Below are positions 41,312 to 54,790 of a DNA stretch of 64,000 nucleotides, in pieces; position 1 is the stretch's first letter, and the number at the start of each line of letters is the position of its first letter. Location: positions 496,001 to 560,000 of the forward strand of contig NW_026782650.1 of the NCBI RefSeq assembly GCF_031769215.1. Reading direction: 5' to 3'. Source of the DNA: Ylistrum balloti (taxonomy: Eukaryota). Made by a program: the position numbers and the translations under genes. The notes under the pieces are model-generated. The model searched no databases and was not told where the DNA came from. It saw nothing but the letters and a program-made list of their open reading frames with translations.

Positions 41312-43514
41312 CTTCACAGTAGTGCCCTTCACAGTGGTACCCTTCACAGAGGTACCCTTCACAGTAGTACCCTTCACAGTGGTACCCTTCACAGTGGTAC
41401 CCTTCACAGTAGTACCCTTCACAGAGGTGCCCTTCACAGAGGTACCCTTTATAGTAGTACCCTTCACAGTGGCACCCTTCACAGTAGTACCTTTCACAGT
41501 AGTACCCTTCACAGAGGTTCCCTTCACATTGGCACCCTTCACAGTAGTACCCTTCACAGAAGTACCCTTTACAGTGATAACCTTCACCGTAGTACCCTTC
41601 ACAGTACTACCCTTCACAGTAGTACCCTTCACAGTGGTACCCTTCACAGTAGTACCCTTCACAGTAGTACCCTTCACAGAGGTACCCTTCACAGTGGTAC
41701 CCTTCAAAGTGGTACCCTTCACAGAGGTACCCTTCACAGTGGTACCCTTCACAGTGGCACCCTTCACAGTAGTACCCTTCACAGTGGTACCCTTCACAAT
41801 GGTACCCTTCACAGTGGTACTCTTCACAGTGGTACCCTTCACAGTGGTACCCTTCACAATAGTACCCTTCACAGCAGTACCCTCACAGAGGTTCCCTTCA
41901 CAGTAGTACCCTCACAGAGGTACCCGTAACAGTGGTACCCTTCACAGTAGTACCCTTCATAGTAGAACAATTCACAGTAGTAACCTTCACAGTAGTACCC
42001 TTCACAGTGGCACCCTTCACAGTGGTACCCTTCACAGTAGTACCCTTCACAGCGGTACCCTTCACAGTGGTACCCTTCACAGTAGTACCCTTCACAGTAG
42101 TACCCTCACAGTAGTACCCTTCACAGAGGTACCCTTCACAGAGGTACCCTTCACAGTGGTACCCTTCACAGTAGTACCCTCACACCGGTACCCTTCACAG
42201 TGGTACCCTTCACAGTAGTACCCTCACAGTAGTACCCCTCACAGTGGTAACCTTCACAGAGGTACCCTTCACAGCGGTACCCTTCACAGTGGTACCCTTC
42301 ACAGCAGTACCCTCACAGTAGTACCATTCACAGAGGTACCCTTCACAGTAGTAACCTTCACAGTGATACCCTTCACAGAGGTACCCTTCACAGTAGTACC
42401 CTCACAAAGGTTCCCATTCACAGAGGTACCCTTCACAGTAGTAACCTTCACAGTGATACCCTTCACAGAGGTACCCTTCACAGTAGTAACCTCACAAAGG
42501 TTCCCTTTACAGAGGTACCCTTCTCAGTAGTACCCTTCACAGTGGTACCCTTCACAGAGGTACCCTTCACAGTAGTACCCTTCACAGTGGTACCCTTCAC
42601 AGCAGTACCCTCACATAGGTTCCCTTCACAGTAGTACCATCACAGAGGTTCCCTTCACAGCAGTACCATCACAGAAGTTCCCTTCACAGTAGTACCCTCA
42701 CAGAGGTTCCCTTCACAGTAGTACCATCACAGAGGTTCCTTTCACAGCAGTACCCTCACAGAGGTTCCCTTCACAGTAATATCCTTCATAGAGGTACCCT
42801 TCACAGTGGTACCCTTCACAGTGGTACGCGTCACAGTAGTACCCTTCACAGTAGTACCCTTCACAGAGGTTCCCTTCACAGTAGTACCCTTCACAGAGGT
42901 ACCCTTCACAGTGGTACCCTTCACAGATGTACCCTCACAGAGGTTACCTTCACAGTGGTACCCTTCACAGAGGTACCCTTCACAGTGGTACCCTCACAGA
43001 GGTTCCATTCACAGTAGTACCCTCACAGTGGTACCCTTCACAGTGGTACCCTTCACAGAGGTACCCTTCACAGTGGTTCCCTTCAGAAAGGTACCATTCA
43101 CAGTCCCTTCCCAGTGGTTCCCTTCACAGTAGTACCCTGACAGTATTACCCATCACAGAGGACACTTCACAGTGGTACCCTTCACAGAGATACCCTTCAC
43201 AGTAGTACCCTTCACAGTAGTACCCTCACAGAGGTACCCTTCACAGCAGTACCCTCACAAAGGTTCCCTTCACAATAGTACCCTTCACAGTAGTACCCTC
43301 ACAAAGGTTCCCTTCACAGAGGTACCCTTCACAGTGGTACCCTCACAGAGGTACCCTTTACAGTGGTTCCCTTCACAGAGGTACCCTCACAGAGGTACCC
43401 TTCACAGTCGTACACTTCACAAAGGTACCCTTCACAATGGTACCCTTCACAGTAGTACCCTTCACAGAGGTACCCTTCACAGAGGTACCCTTTACAGTGG
43501 TTCCCTTCACAGTG
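41312..43514. repeat. 15-nt satellite (CACAGTGGTACCCTT), ~145 copies
   Basis: Periodicity read directly. It produces the spurious VKGTT / VPFTV / SGTLH ORFs. Confidence 0.97.
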
Positions 43515-43575
43515 TAGAATAAGAGAAATGCTCTCCCGGAAGGGAACATAGATGACTTTGACTTTCTTCGGTTAC

Positions 43576-43668
43576 TATTTGTAATACAGAAAACAGAGGG
43601 TACAAATTTAATGTCATACCTCACCCTTTGACCCTGTTCAAGTAGGAGTTCCCCAAGGCTCGGTTCTC
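43576..43668 (+). mobile_element. Decayed non-LTR retrotransposon (CR1/L2/Jockey-type) reverse transcriptase fragment
   Basis: One frame reads YL*YRKQRVQI*CHTSPFDPVQVGVPQGSVL, matching the LINE RT pattern YLxxRxQRV...GVPQGSVL. It carries two in-frame stops. Confidence 0.72.
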
Positions 43669-45034
43669 CGTTCTTAATTGTTTTTAATGTTTTTAAATGT
43701 TATCGTTGAATGTGTTTCTAGAAGATTGGACTTCTTCTTGTATGGTATACGTGACTACCTGATAAGAATCCTGTTGAAATAGCACAAATCTCCCTGATGA
43801 CTAAACTAATATTAAGATTTAGGCAAATAAACGACACATTAGATTTGATCATTTTAAGAATGAATTTATAATTTTCTCAAGGAAAAATATCCAAAAAAAA
43901 AAAGAAATCTTTCTATCTTTATTTCTTTGTTGATAGTTAACCGATTTCTGAAAGTAACTACATACACATCTGGGCCGTACACATGTTAATGAGACCTAAT
44001 GGAATCCACACATATCTAATATATATGTAAAAGCAATTGAAAGAATACATACGTGGAGGGACATCACCCGGTAAATTATACGGGTAATAAGGATGTGAAA
44101 TTTTAAACTGCATATGTTTATGAATCCTGAATGAAACCGTAGACTACATAAGATAAACAGATGTTCCATCAGGACAAACAGATGATACAATCCGACTCTT
44201 TATTATTTATGCAATCCGCTTCTTTGACGCAATTAAAATAGTTTTAGAGTATTTTCGTCCATGTATAACGTACTTGACAAGTACTTATGTATATCTATTT
44301 GCTAAGTTTTGATTCTAAGTTGTAAATGGCTAGGGTGCTAGATGCATGGTCCGTATGGCCTGTATATATGTTGAGGGGACGAATCCAATATCCTTTAATG
44401 TCTATACATTACATGTAGGTACTCAAAAGCTTACCATGTATGTATTTAGTTATGATTAAGCTAATAATACATTTTGTACAGATGAATGAATAAAATTTCA
44501 TTATTGAACATTAGTATTAATAAGAATGGCGATAAGATTTCTTTTTTGTACATATTGCAAACAGTTTACACAATAGTTTTTTTAAAATCTCGTTCTGAGG
44601 AGAATATAAATCATCGTTCTCCTTTTCTCATTGAAACATATCAATAATCCACAGAAACTATGTCCTTGTTCACCAAAACGTTAAAATATACCACTAGTTC
44701 CGCAAAGCTAAAATGATTTTAGTATTTTACATATTTTAACTAATTCAAACAGATTGTACAACTCACCGTTATTTCTCACAATTGTCTTTTAACTCCAGCA
44801 CAGATTTCCCCCTTGTAATCCGTGTTTGTTTCCTCTCTGATACTAGCACATGTGTTATCCAATATACCAATTTTTTTCGCTATCCTCTTGGAATATTTTG
44901 TGTTTAAATATCCATAACAAATATATAAAGTCATATGACTTTTTAACGGAAAATCCATTATAACAGATAATGACAGGACAAAAATTATTATGTTAAGACA
45001 TCAATAAATAAATAGGTAACTGGATAAGTAAATG

Positions 45035-46425
45035 ATGGTACATTGTAGCATGAAATAAGTATTATAGATTAACACGTGATGATGTCACTGTAATATGAAA
45101 TAAGTATTACAGATTATCATGTGATGATATCACTGTAACATGAAATAAGTATTATAGATTAACACGTGATGATGTCACTGTAATATGAAATAAGTATTAC
45201 AGATTATCATGTGATGATATCACTGTAACATAAAATAAGTATTACAGATTAACACGTGATGATATCACTGTAACATGAAATAAGTATTACAGATTAACAC
45301 GTGATGATATCACTGTAATATGAAATAAGTATTACAGATTAACACGTGATGATATCACTGTAATATGAAATAAGTATTACAGATTAACACGTGATGATAT
45401 CACTGTAATATGAAATAAGTATTACAGATTAACACGTGATGATATCACTGTAATATGAAATAAGTATTATAGATTAACACGTGATGATATCACTGTAATA
45501 TGAAATAAGTATTATAGATTAACACGTGATGATATCACTGTAATATGAAATAAGTATTATAGATTAACACGTGATGATATCACTGTAACATGAAATAAGT
45601 ATTATAGATTATCACGTGATGATATCACTGTAACATGAAATAAGTATTATAGATTATCACGTGATGATATCACTGTAACATGAAATAAGTATTATAGATT
45701 AGCACGTGATGATATCACTGTAACATGAAATAAGTATTATAGATTATCACGTGATGATATCACTGTAACATGAAATAAGTATTATAGATTATCACGTGAT
45801 GATATCACTGTAACATGAAATAAGTATTATAGATTATCACGTGATGATATCACTGTAACATGAAATAAGTATTATAGATTATCACGTGATGATATCACTG
45901 TAACATGAAATAAGTATTATAGATTATCACGTGATGATATCACTGTAACATGAAATAAGTATTATAGATTATCACGTGATGATATCACTGTAACATGAAA
46001 TAAGTATTATAGATTATCACGTGATGATATCACTGTAACATGAAATAAGTATTACAGATTAACACGTGATGATATCACTGTAACATGAAATAAGTATTAT
46101 AGATTAACACGTGATGATATCACTGTAACATGAAATAAGTATTACAGATTATCATGTGATGATATCACTGTAATATGAAATAAGTATTACAGATTATCAT
46201 GTGATTATATCACTGTAACATGAAATAAGTATTATAGATTAACACGTGATGATATCACTGTAATATGAAATAAGTATTACAGATTAACACGTGATGATAT
46301 CACTGTAATATGAAATAAGTATTACAGATTAACACGTGATGATATCACTGTAATATGAAATAAGTATTATAGATTAACACGTGATGATATCACTGTAATA
46401 TGAAATAAGTATTATAGATTAACAT
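45035..46425. repeat. 45-nt minisatellite (GATGATATCACTGTAACATGAAATAAGTATTATAGATTATCACGT), ~31 copies
   Basis: Period 45 (45301 to 45346); very homogeneous, with variants arranged in blocks. Confidence 0.97.
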
Positions 46426-47399
46426 GTGGTGGTATCAGGTTTCCTGAACATTCAAATTTGCTATGTAAGAGCTATGTAAAGCTGCTAGTATATTGATTAA
46501 TCCATCTGTCGGTGAATTTGAGTAATTATGACTTTCTTGTACGTGTTTTTGTCTTTTCTAGAATCTGCTAGATTACAGGTGGCATTTACACCGCGAGTGG
46601 ACATGCAACTCACGTTTTAATCAATTCACGTAGAAACATGTGTACAAGGACTTGCCGGTCTGTTGAAATATAATGCGATATTGAAAATCACTTGGTTATA
46701 TCAATTGATATGGAGGTTTTTTTTTTAAATAACTAACACTCTACTGTTCCAGAGTTACACATAACAACGAAACGTATTTTATGGAGTTATCAACTGTGAC
46801 ATCTGGGTGGAGTGTTTGTATAGGGAGCTATATAACAATAAATAACGCACTATAGGGTTATATGTCATGTCGATCAACCATGAACGTTGATGTAAATAAC
46901 TGGAAAACCAGTTCATAGTTTGTGATGTACAGCAAAACCACTGTCCCTGCGATTCACCACCAAAGTGGTGTCATACACTAAAGATATCTTACCTCGGTAA
47001 GGATTACTAGTCATTTTCAGGATAATGTTATTCTCTGTATTTGAAGAATGGCTTGTTACAGTTCTGGCGACATCAGTAAGAATACAGTTATCTCACAATA
47101 ATCCATTAAAACCTGTAGTATATGTTAACCTACGTAAAATGCCAAAATGTGTAAAAGTTATACGTAATATGAAAAATCGCAGCATTATTTAAGCAGAAAA
47201 TTGCCGCTAGAGGGCTCTAACTCTTTTCGATATTTCAGCCAATGAGAAAGCCAGGATCGGTAAATTTTGTCTGAAAGGCCGTCGCAATAGGCTATGCGTA
47301 CTGAGTACGTTTAGCCTAAAAATCCAATTAGAATCATTAATTTAATACTTGCACTGGCAAAAAGGAAATATCAATAAAAGAAAGTGTCACATAAATCGT

Positions 47400-47900
47400 A
47401 AGGAATCAAACGCTTCCATATCTACCAGAAGAAAACATGGGAGGACATATTTGAATTTGACAAAGATAAATGGAGGCAGAGTTACAATGGCTTCAATTTA
47501 GAATTAATCAACACATTTTGATAAGTAGCACATACTTTTATAAAACAGGTCTGGCTGATAGTCCATTTCGTTTCCATTATAAAACTGAAGTTCACACGCC
47601 TTGGGATTGTGAAGAAGTACATTTTTTATAATCAAATGTTGAGTCTGTTAGATGTGTTATTGATTCCATTTGCTTTCATTGGGAAACATTTATCATTTGG
47701 TTTATATGATAAAAACAGTGTGGATAACTTAGTAATGCTGATCTTGAAACTATATATACACTACGCCAGAAGTCTGCAAACTACGTTGTTCATTTCTGCC
47801 CTAAAGAACCTGATTAAAATGTATGTATACCACTCAGAACTATACATCTGTTGGCAAAGGTGAAAATGAATCTTTATTATTCCTTATTATTCTTTCTCTG
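47400..47900 (+). mobile_element. Decayed 3' end of an L1/Tx1-type LINE ORF2 (zinc-knuckle / C-terminal region)
   Basis: Frameshifted pieces read QFRINQHIL...GLADSP...WDCEEV...LSFGLYDKNSVDNLVMLILKLYIHYAR...ISALKNLIKMY...ELYI, the typical L1/Tx1 ORF2 tail pattern. Recognised by motif only. Confidence 0.62.
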
Positions 47901-49266
47901 TCCCTTCCTCCATCTTTTCTTATCTATAACTGTCTTCTTATTCCTCTCAAAGCACGACGTCTTTCAACTCTTGTAATCATGATTCTGCATTGCTTTAGTT
48001 TTCACATGTATAAGAGTAAAACTATATGCTACAAGATATGATTTCTCATATATTTAAAAAAATTCAACATACTTCTTGTGAAACAGTTAATTAATCATTT
48101 AGTCTAATAATTTTCTCGAAATATCATAGCTTCCGACATGTAATTTGATTTGAAATCCCTTTAGGATACCCCATCAAACGACAAAAGATTAATTAATTGA
48201 TTAACTCAAGCAAATGTTGTGGAAAAGTTGTATTGAATAAGTGATGCCTTTGGTAAATCCTTGTATCAAGTGATGATTTTCACAACAACTGAATGGATTT
48301 TATTTTAACATATCATTACTCTTTGTAGTGAAAATAGGAATTGGACACAAGGCATAACCTATCAAAATCTTCTCCATACAATAACAAACAAGTATGCAGA
48401 CATGTCAATTCAATAGTCAGTAAGTTATAGAATATTGAATACCACTGAGACATTAACACTAGAATAAAGAATGTAGTTGTAAATAAATAGATAAAGAAAA
48501 ATGGGAAACATGAAGAAAAATCCACATATATTTAGGCCTTCAGCTAGACCATCGAACATCGTACAAACAAATACTTCGTAAAGAAAAAATTGCATTTTCA
48601 GGTTCAAGTTTTTTTCTGTAAAAAAGTGAACTCATCCAAAACCTAGTAAATTTAGTATATAAGTGAATAACTCGAATGCACTCTACCTTTACACGAGGAT
48701 ATTGCGCTAATGGCTTTAAGGAAGGTTTGAACGCCATTAAGTCTCTACAGGTACAGGTAAGCAGGCTTTACTGATAACAAACCTAGTGGTTTTACCTGAT
48801 ATAAGAGTTTCGACAAACATCGTTATCGTCCAGAGACGTCACACACTGACCCTTATCTAGGATTTCTCCCTGGACAAAAACCGGAAGTAGACGAAATACC
48901 ATATTGGAGAGAAAATGAAACAACATGTGACGTGATGTTTTCCTAAACCCAATGACTGCTGACCAGGGGATGTCACAGCACCGTTTACAGCCTTCACACA
49001 AGGATATCACAAGGTAAACGTTTCGCTTTATTACTAATAAAACACTATATTCAAGTATCAGGGGTAATCTTGAATATTTTCAACGTGCAAATTATTGATT
49101 AACACAAAGTGATTGTATTCAAAATGATATTGCTATAAGACTCTGCTATCAAATTATCAAATGAGTACCAGGTATTGTAATACAATAGGTATCCCAAATA
49201 TATATATTCATATATATGACATAGATATATAAGTATATATGTCATTAAAAGATAAAAAAAATCAAT

Positions 49267-49312
49267 ACTTCGCTAACGATTTCAGGCCTAACGGCCATCT
49301 TCAGGCGATAGT
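49267..49312 (-). ncRNA. Minimal type I hammerhead-ribozyme-like motif
   Basis: Minus strand reads ACU-a-UCGC CUGAAGA U GGCC-GUUA-GGCC U GAAA UCGU UA GCGA-AGU. Core boxes, stem II, a UH site and stem I are present. Stem III is minimal and there is a non-canonical U.U at the base of stem II. Confidence 0.5.
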
Positions 49313-49387
49313 TTTTAATGACATGGAATTTGGTGTAACAAAATCATTAAAAACAATCGCCTGAAGATGGCCGCTAGGCCTGAAATC
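49278..49387. repeat. Inverted repeat with 44-bp arms (2 mismatches) and a 22-nt spacer; probable Penelope-like element terminal remnant
   Basis: Left arm 49278-49321 is the reverse complement of right arm 49344-49387; weaker homology continues outward. Confidence 0.9.
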
Positions 49388-49461
49388 ATAAACGAACTAC
49401 TTACTGTGTTGATTTTATCTTTTTAATTATCTGATCTATTTACAAGCAAAAAACACATAAA

Positions 49462-50058
49462 GAACTTCGTTATCTCAGTGTTACACAACATATATAATAG
49501 AATTTCGTTATCCCAGTGTTACACTACATATATAATAGAACTTCGTAATCCCGGGTGTTACACTACATATATAATAGAACTTCGTTATCTCAGTGTTACA
49601 CTACATATATAATAGAACTTCGTTATCCCAGTGTTACACTACATATATAATAGAACTTCGTAATCCCGGGTGTTACACTACATATATAATAGAACTTCGT
49701 TATCCCAGTGTTACACTACATATATAATAGAACTTCGTTATCCCAGTGTTACACTACATATATAATAGAACTTCGTAATCCCGGGTGTTACACTACATAT
49801 ATAATAGAACTTCGTTATCCCAGTGTTACACTACATATATAATAGAACTTCGTTATCCCGGGTGTTACACTACATATATAATAGAACTTCGTTATCTCAG
49901 TGTTACACTACATATATAATAGAACTTCGTAATCCCGGGTGTTACACTACATATATAATAGAACTTCGTTATCTCAGTGTTACACTACATATATAATAGA
50001 ACTTCGTAATCCCGGGTGTTACACTACATATATAATAGAACTTCGTTATCACAGTGTT
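49462..50058. repeat. 38/39-nt minisatellite (GAACTTCGTTATCCCAGTGTTACACTACATATATAATA), ~15 copies
   Basis: Period 38 (49692 to 49730), with an interspersed 39-nt CCCGGG variant. Confidence 0.96.
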
Positions 50059-51103
50059 CGCAATTGAAACAACAGGTAAGCTAACGAGCATCAATTACGT
50101 CCATCTTCATGTCACACAAAAAATAAGCACAATAATACATACAAACTAAGTTTAATAACATGGAGATACTTTTTCATTTTACATTTGTTGTGAGTTTTTA
50201 TTTTATAGAAGGATAAAGAATGTTTCATTAATTTAGTCAGGGCATAACTGCTCCCGAAATTTGCAGAGGGTTTGTCAGCTTTAGCATCTGGGTTTCCTTA
50301 ACCCTTGCAGGTATTATCACGGTAGACTCATATCTTTCAACAAAATGATTGATCCTGATGAACTGTCCTAGCTTTGTACACTTCCAAAATATTGAAAACA
50401 AATTTTAGATCATCACAAATTTCAATTTTATAACTGCTAAATGGTAGATAAAAGCTTTCATCATTGAAGATTTTAGTTGGTACTATAGACTATAAACTGA
50501 TATGTTAATTGTTAAATTGATAGTGTTTTCAGTACCTCTCGCAAAATGTACCATTATTAACAGAATGGACGAAATTGACTTCCCTGCCGTCTACAATACC
50601 AATAGACTTACTGTAAAAAAATATTTTAATTCGTGTTTTAAAGACAGCTTTTACCTAAATATGTCAATGATGAAGGTCTACAAAAAATGACAAAACGTTT
50701 GGTTTGTGTCATTGAAATTGACCATCTGTTAACTGTTCACAAAGACATACTCCTAAACATATGTCTCGCTTTCAGATAAACAAAATCACCACATCAGTAT
50801 TTTATCTTTCAGAAATACGACACTATTGTAATGAAAAAATACAAAAAAAAAAACAAAACGAAAATTGATTTGTACATAGTATGACTCGAAATGACGGCAA
50901 CAGTTGTCACTGTTCATTGAATTGGGTTGCATCTGTTGGTATCTGTCGGTGTGTACGTAGAAACTAAGTAATTGATGAAAATTACCACGTGATACGCGAC
51001 AAATGCTGTATACGTTACAGTTGTTCTTGCCTTATATGTCTGGTATGCTCTCTTTCTTTTTTTTCCAGAAAATTCGGATGCGGAATATTTTGAAATTCGA
51101 GGA

Positions 51104-51410
51104 ATGGCGGAAAATAGTAGATGTTCGCGAAGCTACGTATTTAAAAGTGGCATAATTGCCGTTCTTGTCCTCACGGCTTCAAATCTAGTGTTCTTCATGG
51201 TGTATGAACGCTTCAGTTACCATGGTATTCACACTAGAATGAGCAATTTGCTGACTTATAGTAGAAATATATCATATGAAATAGAACAAATAGTTCAACG
51301 ATTCAATGGAACTGTGCAATTCAATGGAAGTTCATATATGAGGACGGACGTAACCAATGATACCATCCAGAGTTCGCTAGCCAAATGTCCTGAGAACCCG
51401 CCAAAACTAG
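51104..51410 (+). CDS. GT7-family beta-1,4-glycosyltransferase (predicted beta-1,4-N-acetylgalactosaminyltransferase, BRE-4-like), coding exon 1
   Basis: Type II membrane topology: short cytosolic tail, TM GIIAVLVLTASNLVFFMVY, glycosylated stem, and the conserved CPENPPKL. Acceptor ttttccAG at 51068, so a 5' UTR exon lies upstream. Donor g|GTAGGT, phase 1. Confidence 0.88.
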
Positions 51411-52005
51411 GTAGGTCGTATGTTTTCTACTTACTGCTCCGCTGCCCAGACTCGGACCATAGGGATTTGAAACTAATACCCGACTCTCAATCCATTTATA
51501 TATATATATATTCTATGAGCCACAATTCTTAGTCACACATATATTACCTTGAAGAAAAATGTTTGATTTTTTCCAATGAGTGCTTGATTGATCAAGCGTA
51601 AACCAAGTTATTACCTGACAAATTCAGTAATACAGGTAGACATGGCTATCTAGCTATTTCCTTGTCCGGTTGTAACACGCTCTCGTCTCTAATGGGTACT
51701 TTGTTATATCTATGCCAAAATCGCTGATTCTACGCTTACTGCGGTAAAAAGTACCCACGACCTTGTCTATACGGCATTCCCTTTGATGTGATCATGTCTC
51801 GTACGTTGTAGAAGCTGGACATTTACGTGTATTGTTTATACCTACGATTTGTATTTTTGAGAGGGTGGAAATTTGAATGCAGCAGTCAATGTAATTTGAA
51901 ATGAAACTGTCCGACACTATGTAATAACTAATCCTTTTCTATCCTCTATTTCGCTTTCTTGGGAAAAAGGTTTATATTGTTTTAGAGTTATCATTGGGGA
52001 GAATG

Positions 52006-52345
52006 ACAATTTATTCACAGTAGTATCGATACACCTGTTACTTATCATTCAATAACAATTTATTCACAGTAGTATCGATACACCTGTTACTTATCATTCA
52101 ATAACAATTTATTCACAGTAGTATTGACATACATGTTACATATCATTCAATGACAATTTATTCACAGTAGTATCGATACACCTGTTACTTATCTTTCAAT
52201 AACAATTTATTCACAGCAGTATCGATACACCTGCTACTTATCATTCAATAACAAATTATTCACAGTAGTATTGACGCACCTGCTACTTATCATTCAATGA
52301 CAAATTATTCACAGTAGTATTGACGCACCTGCTACTTATAATTAA
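52006..52345. repeat. 49-nt tandem repeat, ~7 copies, glycosyltransferase intron 1
   Basis: TAGTATCGAT recurs at 52021 and 52070. Confidence 0.92.
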
Positions 52346-53421
52346 TGATACTGTATGAATGCCGAACTGTTTCTTTTTCAACTGCCCATAGTATCAATAA
52401 CAGAGCAATAAACATAGTCGTTACTATGTTCCAATGCTGTAATATTACACTAAGTTATTGTATGAAAATAAAGATAAAATTATCATTGAAATGTTGATTC
52501 AGATCAGCGGAAGGTTTAGTCCTTGATGTCTTGATAATACATAATTCATAATATTATTTTCTATTTCTCATTATTTATAATTATAAGATAGTACAAAAGA
52601 TAAACAAATGAATAACACCTTTTTTTTAAAATTGATACTTAGATACATTAGGTTTAAAATCAATTTAAAAGCGTCATACAGCTGTTTCGTTCTGCTATCA
52701 CGAAGCATCGTAGGCGACTGAGGAAAATCTAAAGTGATCGAAAGAAAAGTCAAAATCTAGACGGGAAGGTGCAACAGTACCGTAATTGAATAATTTATAA
52801 TCTATTCGGTAGGCTTAGTAAGACAAACCTTTGTAAATCACACGTATAAGACATAAATAGTGAGTGCCCAATATTTGTATACTATTTAGAAATACTTAAC
52901 TAAAATAAATTCGTCCTTGTTTTAAAACAGTACATGAGTAAAAAGAACTCTCAAACTTAAGGAAATGGACGTCATTTTGTTGTATGTTCGGTAGTTTGAA
53001 CGCATTGGGATCAAAACTTATAACAACTAGTGGCAATGTTTGATTAATTTCATGTTTATTACTTGTCAACATTGACTTTGACATTGAGATGAATGCGGAA
53101 ATTATCAGTACTTTGTTGTTGAACACGATTGTAAAAAAACGAACAACTGCAAAGGGGAATAACTCAATAAAATGGCGTTTCAATGTTTTAATGCTCTTTT
53201 ACTTAGTAATTAAAGACAAATTAAGTAACAGATTAAAATGAAAAATATCAGATAAGCAATATAAGGATATTCTTTTTCATGATTTTTTATGCCTAATCCT
53301 CAAATTTCAGTTTTTATTTAGTGTTTTGCAGTATTAGATATACATTTACGTATTTAATCGAGTCCAGTAGCTCTGTATGATGAAATATGCTCTCCATCGT
53401 TAGTCGCGTTTCTCTTTACAG

Positions 53422-53654
53422 TTGGACCACTGGCTACTTATAAGAGATCGCCATCCTTTCCAGAGATAGAAAAAGAATACTCGTGGTTACTTGCCGGTGG
53501 CTGTTATACTCCTCTGGAGTGTCAAAGTGATCACAGAGTGGCCGTCATTATACCATATAGGAACAGACAGCAACAGTTAAAGACTTTTCTCTATAACATC
53601 CACCCCATTCTTCAACGACAGCAAATACACTACGGAATTTACGTTATAGAGCAG
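53422..53654 (+). CDS. GT7 glycosyltransferase, coding exon 2
   Basis: V-GPL...GGCYTPLEC...RVAVIIPYRNR...HPILQRQQIHYGIYVIEQ, hallmark GT7 motifs. tttacAG acceptor, cag|GTAATA donor, phase 1 to 0. Confidence 0.95.
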
Positions 53655-54164
53655 GTAATATTATTATAAATATAACTATGGTGTTATGTCTCCAAATAAC
53701 GTTCCTGTTGTAAGATTTGATCTGTTGTTCTCGTTGTGATTTTAGTGTACCATCATACAATGTTTAAATACTTCACAAAGCAATGATTACTACACAGATC
53801 TAGAAAAGGAAAATGGTTTTCTCTCAAACAAATCGTCTTTAGAGTAGGCGTGATGAATAAATCCAAAGATGCCGGAGGAATATGATCTGCTCGCCATTTA
53901 TCCATTAAAACATACGTCAATTAACATTAAGATTGGTTCTTCATTTCAAATGAAGAGAATCACATAAGCTGTCGAAAAAATACGAACAATGTATATTGGT
54001 ATATTGATAAACCATTTGTATGACTTATTTCAAAGCGCTCCATGGGCTATGCCAATTCTTTTTCTGAAGGAGCAGAATGCAGTTTATTCATTGTTACTAC
54101 AGTAATGTTTAACGACGTTAATCAATAGGTATAGGCTTGATAAACATTATTATGAGATAGCGCT

Positions 54165-54790
54165 GCATGGTTAACTTGGCTTATAAATAGGGATGGTTAA
54201 CTCTGATGGTAGCTATGGTGATAAACTGTGCTGATAGCTGGGGATGGTTAATTTTGCTAATAACTGCGGGTTGTTAACTGTGCTGCAGCTAGGGCTGGTT
54301 AACTATGCTGATCGCTTGGTGTAGTTAACTGTGTTTATAGCTCGGGTGGTTTACTGTACTGATAGATGGAACGGTTAACTATGCTGATAGCTGTGGTGGT
54401 TAACTACGTTGATAACTGGGGACAACAAATATACTGATAGCTGGGATGGTTAGTCGTGCCGATAGCTGAGATGGTAGACTATGCTGATAGCAGGGGTTAC
54501 TTAACTGTGCTGTAACTGAGAATGGTTAACTGTGGTGGCAGTTTTGTATAATTTACTGTGCTGATAGTTGGGGTTGCTAAATGTTTTACTGTTAGCTTGT
54601 TGTGGTTAAATGTGCCGATAGCTGGGGGAGGGGGGTAAACTGTGCTGATAGCTTGGTGAAGAGACTGTGTTGTGCTATTCTCGTGTAATTTGCTGATGGC
54701 TTGGGTGGTTTACTTTGATGGTAGCTGGGGGTTGTTTACTTTGCTGATAGCAGGTAGGAATGGTTATCTGTTGGTGGTCTTTTTTCAACC
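54165..54790. repeat. Old, degenerate ~24-nt minisatellite (GGTGGTTAACTGTGCTGATAGCTG-like)
   Basis: Recurring GGTTAACT / GCTGATAGCT motifs with many substitutions. Confidence 0.75.

Noticed and set aside
41282-43624. VKGTT / VPFTV / SGTLH repeat ORFs as mucin- or antifreeze-like proteins
   Set aside because: Several frames on both strands are open because of a 15-nt unit; there is no signal peptide, splice context or unique domain.
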